40,415 nt of DNA, from the IMG/VR virus record IMGVR_UViG_3300038520_001754, positions 1 through 40,415 of that record; one strand, written 5' to 3'. Made by a program: the position numbers and the translations under genes. Position 1 is the stretch's first letter, and each line of letters opens with the position of its first letter. The stretch comes from a virus (taxonomy: Duplodnaviria > Caudoviricetes). Below, in pieces: positions 34,664 through 40,415 of the stretch. The notes beneath the pieces are model-generated. The model was given only the letters and a program-made list of their open reading frames with translations. It was not told where the DNA came from and searched no databases.

Positions 34664-34722
34664 GGCAGTAATTTTCATATTGACTCCCTTATAACTGAAC
34701 CCCTCACGGGGTTCTTTTTTTT
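34664..34722 (+). ncRNA. Candidate anti-Shine-Dalgarno small RNA (sRNA-2)
   Basis: About 58 nt between a promoter and a terminator; contains ATTTTCAT (anti-AUG) and ACTCCCTT (anti-SD). Confidence 0.5.
34697..34722 (+). terminator. Intrinsic terminator
   Basis: GAACCCC-TCAC-GGGGTTC followed by T8. Confidence 0.88.
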
Positions 34723-34734
34723 GTGCGAGAATAA

Positions 34735-34920
34735 ATGATGACTTGGTTTCTGATAGGCATTTTCGTTTCTGACCAGACGTTCTATTTCCGAATCCTCGAA
34801 ACTCACAACAACCAAATCGAGTGCATCTACGCCTCTGAGATGTTCATCCAGCAAATGGACAAGCCATTGCTAGAATACAACGTTGTCTGCGTTGGCACAG
34901 AACAAATCCCAACCTTGTGA
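34735..34920 (+). CDS. Small hypothetical protein (hydrophobic N-terminus, two Cys)
   Basis: 61 aa ORF; shares C..YASE and CV motifs with 30844-31083. Confidence 0.5.
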   Translation: MMTWFLIGIFVSDQTFYFRILETHNNQIECIYASEMFIQQMDKPLLEYNVVCVGTEQIPTL

Positions 34921-34951
34921 GCAGTTTTCAATAATCAGGCTACAGCCCTGA

Positions 34952-35027
34952 CCCTGCCACGAAAACGGCGCTAACAATTTCTTTGACACAATATATGGCT
35001 TTGCCACTTACGTCGCTCTACGGGCTT
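34952..35027. repeat. Three-block spaced element, copy B (reverse complement of copy A)
   Basis: CCCTGCCACGAAAACGGCG-N12-TTGACACAATATATGG-N18-TCTACGGGCTT. Confidence 0.85.
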
Positions 35028-35060
35028 TCTAGGGGCCTTAGTGACGATTTGACATTTTTC

Positions 35061-35155
35061 AGAAAAAAAAAGAAAAATCGAAAAAAAAACGAAAAAAAGG
35101 TTTGTTTTTTGCAAAAAATCTCTTATACTAAATACACTGAATAGGGAGCATGAAA
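35061..35155 (+). promoter_or_regulatory. Early promoter cassette 2
   Basis: A-tracts 35061-35098, TTGTTT 35102-35107, TATACT 35124-35129, GGGAGCATGAAATG. Confidence 0.72.
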
Positions 35156-35379
35156 TGAAAAGTTTAGACGTTTTAGTAATGACTTGGGACGACGCAACAT
35201 TGAGTCGCGCTATATCTAACAGCGAGGCCAACGCTAGTGCATTGGCTCGTGAGATGGCTGTTGAGGGAGTCGATGTTGAGACATTGAGTGGGTTGCATGC
35301 CACTGAGAGTCGTCGTTTGGCAGTCTACCAAAATGAGCGCACACGTCGTGCGGTCAACGCAAACGTTTTTTCAAGGTAA
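35155..35379 (+). CDS. Hypothetical protein
   Basis: First ORF after cassette 2; GGGAG RBS. Confidence 0.6.
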   Translation: MKSLDVLVMTWDDATLSRAISNSEANASALAREMAVEGVDVETLSGLHATESRRLAVYQNERTRRAVNANVFSR

Positions 35380-35431
35380 GTTACATTTCGTAACATACTG
35401 TAACAATCACTGTCTAATGGAGGATGAACCT

Positions 35432-35890
35432 ATGACAGATTTTCAATACAACGATGGCGGTCGTCAATCCGCTGGGTACAAAGGTCACACTGGTGATTGC
35501 GTGGTTCGCGCTATCGCCATTGCGGCTGACCTTCCTTATCAACAAGTTTACGATGAGCTATTCCGGCGCAATCGTGAGTTTGCTGAAACCTCACGCAGTC
35601 GTGCGGCAAAGCGTGTAGCCCGGAAGGGTGCCACACCTCGCAATGGTAACTTCTACCAATCTTACCATCCATACCTTCTGGAGTTGGGATTCAAATGGGT
35701 TCCAACCATGTTCGTTGGTCAGGGATGTACTCATCACGTCAACGCTGATGAGTTGCCTTCCGGCAGATTGGTGTTGCGATTGAGTCGCCACCTCAGCGCT
35801 TTCATCGACGGCGTCGTGAACGACACCTATGACTGCTCGCGTGATGGCACCCGTTGTGTCTACGGTTACTACATCTTGGAGTCAGCGTAA
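35432..35890 (+). CDS. Papain-like fold protein (Cys-His-Asp), peptidase C39-like
   Basis: GDCVVRAIAIA...Y..VY..L, RH.SA..DG...DT.D; GGAGG RBS before 35432. Confidence 0.62.
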   Translation: MTDFQYNDGGRQSAGYKGHTGDCVVRAIAIAADLPYQQVYDELFRRNREFAETSRSRAAKRVARKGATPRNGNFYQSYHPYLLELGFKWVPTMFVGQGCTHHVNADELPSGRLVLRLSRHLSAFIDGVVNDTYDCSRDGTRCVYGYYILESA

Positions 35891-36084
35891 TGGCTGGCTT
35901 CAAGGACTTGGCTGATATCTTGTATCAGCACTACGGGGTGGGGGCGTCACGGGCGTCCTCAGCTTGTGTATCTTGGGCAAAGGATAGACTTGCTCAACAG
36001 ATAGGGTGGCAACTTGCTGAGAAGCAAGTCAGCGCTCTCAACCGGTGGAGAGCCAAGAAGGGCTATCCACTAGCTTATGTATAG
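35890..36084 (+). CDS. Hypothetical protein
   Basis: TAATG coupling at 35890; MAGFKDLADILYQHYG... Confidence 0.5.
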   Translation: MAGFKDLADILYQHYGVGASRASSACVSWAKDRLAQQIGWQLAEKQVSALNRWRAKKGYPLAYV

Positions 36085-36093
36085 GAGTGAGGA

Positions 36094-36375
36094 ATGGGAA
36101 AGCACAGACAGATTGACCATGAGGAGTTCAAGCTAATCGTTGAGGGCAGAACCCAAAGAGCAATCAACAATATCTTGATGATTGAGCGGATGGCTAAACC
36201 AAAACGATTTGAATACACGGTGGAGGATATTCTGACCGTGAAGGCCGCAGTGGTAGAAGCACTAGACCGCATGGAGGCGACGTTTGTAGCGTCCAAGCAA
36301 AAAAGAGTGTTTAAATTAAACACGATTCGTTCAGAGTCAGAAATGGAGAAAGAGCATGAACATATTCTACCTTGA
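36094..36375 (+). CDS. Hypothetical helical protein
   Basis: GAGG RBS; F...VE.R..RAI..I pattern; function unknown. Confidence 0.6.
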   Translation: MGKHRQIDHEEFKLIVEGRTQRAINNILMIERMAKPKRFEYTVEDILTVKAAVVEALDRMEATFVASKQKRVFKLNTIRSESEMEKEHEHILP

Positions 36376-37027
36376 CCGTGACCCGCGCACAGCCGTGCGT
36401 ATGCATTGTGACAAGCACGTTGTGAAGATGACGTTGGAGACAGCACAGATGCTGTCCACCGCACATCGTTGCATGAACATCCCGCCGGACTCCCCGGCTG
36501 AAGAGAAAGAGGCATTGAGGGCCAACCTCGATGCGGATGGGATTTTGCAAGAGGCATTCCGTCATCATCCCATGACTCAGTGGGTGATGGAGACGTCGGG
36601 CAACTATACGTGGACGGTCGCACTATTTCGACACCTATGCTACGAATACTACCACCGATTCGGTTGGAGATATCCTCGTGAGCATGCGCTGTATCCACTG
36701 GTGCGTAAATTTGAGACGTTGCCTGAGTTGATGGAACCCGGCCAGCAATATGACCCGCCTCAGTGTATGCCGGTTCATCTTCAGCATGAGGATTGTGTGA
36801 CAGCCTATCGTCAGTATTATCTAGAGTGCAAGCAACCGTTTGCTAAGTGGACGATGCGTCCAGCGCCCGAATGGTGGACGTCGGCCCGGAAGCCTGTCAT
36901 CAAGCAGTACCAAACTCCGGGGTTGCCAGAGGATTGCTACATAGAATTGGATGGCAAGCGCATCAGTCCGTTGTTGCCCAGCCTTGTCCATGCTGAAGCT
37001 TGGATGTTGGAAAACATTCCGGCATAG
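36356..37027 (+). CDS. Pyrimidine-dimer DNA glycosylase / endonuclease V-like protein
   Basis: MNIFYLD......HCDKHVVKM.LE.AQMLSTAH, HHP.T.WV, EY..RF, PPQCMP, AYR.YY, W..R..P.WW. Confidence 0.78.
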   Translation: MNIFYLDRDPRTAVRMHCDKHVVKMTLETAQMLSTAHRCMNIPPDSPAEEKEALRANLDADGILQEAFRHHPMTQWVMETSGNYTWTVALFRHLCYEYYHRFGWRYPREHALYPLVRKFETLPELMEPGQQYDPPQCMPVHLQHEDCVTAYRQYYLECKQPFAKWTMRPAPEWWTSARKPVIKQYQTPGLPEDCYIELDGKRISPLLPSLVHAEAWMLENIPA

Positions 37028-37030
37028 GGG

Positions 37031-37058
37031 TTTCGAGTTTTATACCATCAGGTATAAT
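37031..37058 (+). promoter_or_regulatory. Promoter with overlapping palindromic operator
   Basis: TATAAT at 37053-37058 with weak -35; perfect inverted repeat TTATACC-ATCA-GGTATAA at 37040-37057. Confidence 0.55.
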
Positions 37059-37063
37059 TAAGT

Positions 37064-37274
37064 ATATGCCAAGCCAATCAGTCGAGGTGCGAACGCCGGG
37101 GGCATCGGTTGCAGAGTCGTACAGCGAGACGTAAGGGTGGTTGTGAACCGTGAACCTAGGATAACACGGGAATCAGGTAGACCGAATGGCGACTTATAAC
37201 GTGGAGTCAAGATATCTTGGAGCCACAATAAAATCTTGCTCATTGACCCGTGACCTCTATCACGGGTTTTTTTT
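37064..37274 (+). ncRNA. Candidate structured non-coding RNA (about 210 nt), family not recognised
   Basis: Bracketed by a TATAAT promoter and a terminator; no credible ORF; several helices found by eye, including a possible pseudoknot. Confidence 0.55.
37245..37274 (+). terminator. Intrinsic terminator
   Basis: GACCCGTGA-CCTCTA-TCACGGGTT followed by T run. Confidence 0.88.
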
Positions 37275-37276
37275 CG

Positions 37277-37400
37277 AGAAAAAAAGGAAAAAAAACGAAA
37301 AAAAAGCTTTTCTTTATCTTTTAGATGTCCCATACTAAACTCATAGGTTCGAGAGAGAACCCGAATTTAGCAACTGACCTAAGGATGAATGAGCATGAAA
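37277..37400 (+). promoter_or_regulatory. Early promoter cassette 3
   Basis: A-tracts 37277-37305, TTTTCT-17-CATACT (37331-37336), hairpin GGTTC-GAGAGA-GAACC 37346-37361, AAGGATGAATGAGCATGA identical to cassette 1. Confidence 0.72.
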
Positions 37401-37868
37401 TTAGTAATTCTAACCCAAGTAATGGAATGGTACGGCACCCGGTTCAAAGCCAAAGGTGGCGATACCTACGTGATGCGCAATCTGACTAACGCGCAAGTTC
37501 AGAAAATCATTGAGGACGGCATCCCTACTCTGTCGTCTCTGATTGAAGGTGGTCAGGAAATCCTCGACGTAGCTGAGGATGACCGGCCCATGCACTCTGG
37601 ATATGAGTTCATTCTCGATTATCAAGTCGTCACTGATGACGGCTACGAGTGTGAAGAGTGGGAAACTGCTTGGACCATAGCATACAGCCGCAAGCATGAA
37701 GCTTGGACGGCTAACCGGTTCGTCAAGGCAGACGAGTGGTGGGCGCTTGACCAGAAAACTGGTCTGCCGTTTGAGGGCTACTACGAGGGATTCGTCATGG
37801 CTCCCGGTGGCGGTCGTGTTGAGGGTAGCTACCAGCAACACTACGTTGTCCAACAGGTGGCTTCATGA
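37389..37868 (+). CDS. Hypothetical protein
   Basis: MKLVI.TQ..E.YG...K.KGG.TY start; first ORF of cassette 3; start may be 37395. Confidence 0.7.
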   Translation: MSMKLVILTQVMEWYGTRFKAKGGDTYVMRNLTNAQVQKIIEDGIPTLSSLIEGGQEILDVAEDDRPMHSGYEFILDYQVVTDDGYECEEWETAWTIAYSRKHEAWTANRFVKADEWWALDQKTGLPFEGYYEGFVMAPGGGRVEGSYQQHYVVQQVAS

Positions 37869-38080
37869 GCCGTGTGGGGCGACAACTGCCCCACACCCCA
37901 CTTCCAACTGAGCGCCTCTCTGAGGTGCTTAGTGCGATTATAACTAACCCGTCCATACCGAACATCCAAACGCAGATAATGACACTCTCTGAGGACGAGT
38001 GCAGAACCTGTCGCCGGTTAGTTTGGTGCATTGAAATAATGATAGACCAAAGAGAGGAAATATTCATTGACGCAGACTGA
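37865..38080 (+). CDS. Hypothetical protein
   Basis: ATGA-coupled ORF. Confidence 0.5.
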   Translation: MSRVGRQLPHTPLPTERLSEVLSAIITNPSIPNIQTQIMTLSEDECRTCRRLVWCIEIMIDQREEIFIDAD

Positions 38081-38258
38081 ATTCAAAAACTGGCGCAACC
38101 AAATGGGTTATACCCAGCGCCGTGCGGCTGAGTTGCTGGGGTACAAATATCGCTCCAGCATTTCTCAGATAGAGAATGGTCACATGAGGGTGACACCTCA
38201 GGTGGCAAAAATATGTCGTTTACTATTGGAGACTAAAAATGACACTGAAAAAATTTAG
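38067..38258 (+). CDS. XRE/Cro-like HTH regulator
   Basis: EFKNWR..MG.TQ..AAELLG.....ISQIENG; GAGG RBS, TTG start. Confidence 0.85.
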   Translation: MTQTEFKNWRNQMGYTQRRAAELLGYKYRSSISQIENGHMRVTPQVAKICRLLLETKNDTEKI

Positions 38259-38412
38259 CTACCTAGCTTTCAATGCGGTGCTGTTCATCGCATTCATATT
38301 GCTAATCGAATTTGCGCTAATCAACTTCATGTTGGGGTGCAATACTTGGGACGAAACGTTATGGACTGAATACAATTCGTGCGTCACTCCCGCTCAACTT
38401 TTTGGTCTATGA
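38239..38412 (+). CDS. Small membrane protein (57 aa, below track cut-off)
   Basis: GGAG RBS; MTLKKFSYLAFNAVLFIAFILLIEFALINFMLGCNTWDETLWTEYNSCVTPAQLFGL; fills the gap between neighbours. Confidence 0.6.
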   Translation: MTLKKFSYLAFNAVLFIAFILLIEFALINFMLGCNTWDETLWTEYNSCVTPAQLFGL

Positions 38413-38425
38413 AAGGATGAACCTA

Positions 38426-38665
38426 ATGGCTAAAGAAAATAAAACTTTGAGAGTGCTAAATCACCTCAAGCAAAATCGCACCATCACATCTTGGGAAGCG
38501 ATAACTCAATATCGGGCTACCCGGTTGTCTGCTATCATTTTAAATCTGAAGCAACAGGGTCACAACATAATTACAGAAATGGAAAAGGGGCAGGACGGTG
38601 TGCGTTACGCTCGATACCATTTCATCACTGGAGAGCCGAATGCCGATAGCAATGCCCCCCAATAA
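38426..38665 (+). CDS. Winged-helix DNA-binding protein
   Basis: RVLNHL....TITSWEA...Y..TRLSA.I..L...GH.I; ATG at 38426 after AGGA. Confidence 0.78.
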   Translation: MAKENKTLRVLNHLKQNRTITSWEAITQYRATRLSAIILNLKQQGHNIITEMEKGQDGVRYARYHFITGEPNADSNAPQ

Positions 38666-39215
38666 CTCTAGCTATCAGCTTGGGGTGGGCAAAGTAGAAA
38701 CGATATCTGAAAACGATATCCAATCACTTTGCTCCCTCATGCAAGAGCCAGACAACCTTCAAGTATCCGGGCGTGTCAATCGTGGCAAAAACTCTTTGCT
38801 AAATAAATCCATACGTGATGTTCAAGTTTGGGTTTTGCATGAAAAGTTCACGTGGGTAGACGAGTGGATTATCAGATGGGGGACAATGGCCAATCGTGAC
38901 TTTGGATTACAGGTCACAGGTCTTATCGAGCGCCCTCAGATACTCAAGTACAACAAAGGGTCAACGGGATATAATTGGCATTACGATATTGGAGATGGAG
39001 ATGCGAGTAATCGCAAGATATCCCTGAGTGTAATACTGGATGACAAATGCGAGGGCGGTGAGCTTTGTTTCTTCACAGATGGTGAATACACGCTGTCACC
39101 CGTTGCTGGAGAGGTCATCGCCTTTCCGTCATTTTTCTCGCACCGTGTCAAACCTGTCACTGACGGTTGTCGATTAGCTCTGGTCGCTTGGTTGTCTGGA
39201 GAGCCTCTGAGATGA
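38640..39215 (+). CDS. 2OG-Fe(II) oxygenase (prolyl-4-hydroxylase/PKHD-like)
   Basis: YNWHYD (HxD), RKISLS, GGEL.F, FPSF..HRVKPVT.G.R.ALV.W. Confidence 0.88.
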   Translation: MPIAMPPNNSSYQLGVGKVETISENDIQSLCSLMQEPDNLQVSGRVNRGKNSLLNKSIRDVQVWVLHEKFTWVDEWIIRWGTMANRDFGLQVTGLIERPQILKYNKGSTGYNWHYDIGDGDASNRKISLSVILDDKCEGGELCFFTDGEYTLSPVAGEVIAFPSFFSHRVKPVTDGCRLALVAWLSGEPLR

Positions 39216-39538
39216 GCAAACGATACGAGAACAAGGGGCATCTGAGCTATGTCCATGAATTCCCGTGTTGCCTCCAACCTAAAGGTGAATGCAGTGGTGA
39301 GATACAAGCTCACCATCTGCTGAAGCCTTGGGATGGATTCCGGGGGATGGGACTAAAGGCAACTGATAGAAATTTAATACCGCTCTGCTTCAAACATCAT
39401 CACGAGCTACACCATGTCGGGAATGAGCTTAAATTTTTTGACATGAAATTCGGTGATGAAAATTGGGGCCAACAGGTAGCTAGAGTTTTATGGGTGACGA
39501 GTCCCCATAACAAAGATGGAGTAAAGGATGATTTCTGA
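39212..39538 (+). CDS. HNH-like nuclease (DUF968-like)
   Basis: HL.YV...PCC, QAHHL, GMGLKA.D...IPLC..HH.ELH; ATGA coupling. Confidence 0.75.
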   Translation: MSKRYENKGHLSYVHEFPCCLQPKGECSGEIQAHHLLKPWDGFRGMGLKATDRNLIPLCFKHHHELHHVGNELKFFDMKFGDENWGQQVARVLWVTSPHNKDGVKDDF

Positions 39539-39851
39539 GCAAGAGGTTGAACACGCTGTTGATTGGCTTCGTGATACAGCGCATGAGGCGGCAGAGAAAA
39601 AAGCCACCCGGATGTATCTGGAAGAATATCGCAAATCATTGCGCGCACAGATAATGAAAGAGAACATAGAGGCATCTGTCAGCGCCCAAGAGAGAGATGC
39701 GATGGCTGACCCCAGATATCTGAAACACCTGTCAGCGTTAAAGACCGCTATCTTTGAAGATGAAAAAATGAGATTTTTGAGGGTGGCGGCAGAAGCCAAA
39801 ATAGAGGCTTGGCGTAGTATGAATGCAAACTATAGGGCGATGAAGGTATGA
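39528..39851 (+). CDS. Helical hypothetical protein
   Basis: Coiled-coil; QER.A.AD..Y, IEAWRS..AN.R; GGAG RBS. Confidence 0.68.
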   Translation: MISEQEVEHAVDWLRDTAHEAAEKKATRMYLEEYRKSLRAQIMKENIEASVSAQERDAMADPRYLKHLSALKTAIFEDEKMRFLRVAAEAKIEAWRSMNANYRAMKV

Positions 39852-40051
39852 CTCAGGACGTTCTTAAGAAAAAGTGTACTTGGTGTGACGAAATGGTTGA
39901 CCCCACTCTTTGTTTCGCATCGCCCATTCCCGACGTCGGATGGATGTGCGAATTGTGTGGGAAGCAAGTCAGCTTTCATTCTCTGGATTTCGATGAGGAC
40001 GCCGCAGTGGAGCGGAATGGTCTTTCTCTACCATTAGACCGGCTAAAGTAG
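39848..40051 (+). CDS. Small Zn-ribbon protein
   Basis: CTWC...CELC; ATGA coupling; 3' end overlaps the convergent ORF by 83 nt. Confidence 0.5.
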   Translation: MTQDVLKKKCTWCDEMVDPTLCFASPIPDVGWMCELCGKQVSFHSLDFDEDAAVERNGLSLPLDRLK

Positions 40052-40229
40052 CCAATCGGTCTTTTTCGTTTATCCCGGCTTGAGTCAGCCACACGTTACC
40101 GTCTAGGGAGCGCTCTGCGAACCCCTGAGCGACTAACTCATCCATAATGAAGGGATATGGCTCACGATTGCTTAGGACGGCTATAAGGCCTCCTAAGCGG
40201 TTGTTTTGAGTGTTGCTCAGTTTAGCCAT
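39969..40229 (-). CDS. Hypothetical protein
   Basis: Start overlaps the endolysin end; wHTH-like ELVAQGF......VWLT.AG..E. Confidence 0.55.
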   Translation of the reverse strand: MAKLSNTQNNRLGGLIAVLSNREPYPFIMDELVAQGFAERSLDGNVWLTQAGINEKDRLATLAGLMVEKDHSAPLRRPHRNPENES

Positions 40230-40415
40230 CTATTAGCTCAAAGTGGGGGGCATCTATGAATGGACGTCTGCCCTCAGCCCGTCGAGTGTCGATGTAGTGA
40301 TTCATCGCCTCTTCCATCGTCCCGTCCCATTCTCTGATGTCTGGGATATTCCACGCCGCACCCCATCGAATCCCGACACCATTTGCGTGGGCTGATTGTT
40401 TTACAGCGTCAGCAA
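40222..40415 (-). CDS. Endolysin, peptidase M15 (L-Ala-D-Glu) family, C-terminal part
   Basis: Not in the track (truncated). Frame reads ADAVKQSAHANGVGIRWGAAW...RRPFIDAPHFELIDG-stop, carrying the RWG..W and D.PHFEL motifs. Confidence 0.85.
   Translation of the reverse strand, partial: ADAVKQSAHANGVGIRWGAAWNIPDIREWDGTMEEAMNHYIDTRRAEGRRPFIDAPHFELIDG

Noticed and set aside
34983-34998. TTGACA in the spaced element as a sigma70 -35 box
   Set aside because: No acceptable -10 at 16-18 bp in either copy.
37087-37240. Group I/II intron or hammerhead ribozyme identity for the 210 nt RNA
   Set aside because: GTGCG is present but there is no domain V, no CTGANGA/GAAA core, no convincing P7 elements and no interrupted gene.
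37058-37333. 91 aa minus-strand ORF (and similarly 34971-35303)
   Set aside because: Runs antisense through A-tract promoter and terminator sequence, giving Phe/Lys-rich low-complexity translation; no RBS.
1-40415. Prophage or gene transfer agent assignment
   Set aside because: No integrase, att site or host genes in the window; its own replication, recombination and early genes argue against a GTA. Lifestyle cannot be determined.

Overview
About 40 kb of a tailed dsDNA phage with an HK97-type head and a non-contractile (siphovirus) tail. The GTA-like tail genes suggest an alphaproteobacterial, probably marine, host (inference). No integrase or host genes are visible, and both ends are truncated: tape-measure N-terminus on the left, M15 endolysin C-terminus on the right. 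The left 26 kb is one leftward late unit: ParB-like, TET/JBP dioxygenase, atypical methyltransferase, aGPT-Pplase2-type transferase, lipoprotein, P-loop kinase, TerS, TerL, a C-terminally extended portal, Mu F-like protein, protease, capsid, a 10 kb fibre block, head-tail and tail genes, and a -1 frameshifted tail chaperone. The right 14 kb holds early, replication and recombination genes behind three related A-tract promoter cassettes. Strongest leads: (1) a terminase-linked DNA hypermodification cluster pairing TET/JBP with an amino-acid:DNA transferase and a methyltransferase carrying a C5-like Pro-Cys motif; (2) a small RNA at about 26266-26335 complementary to translation-start motifs shared by many early and replication genes; (3) a second anti-SD sRNA and an about 210 nt structured RNA, each with its own promoter and terminator; (4) an inverted pair of three-block fixed-spacing DNA elements; (5) a portal that may be a protease-processed polyprotein. 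All family assignments are by eye from motifs; no database search was run.
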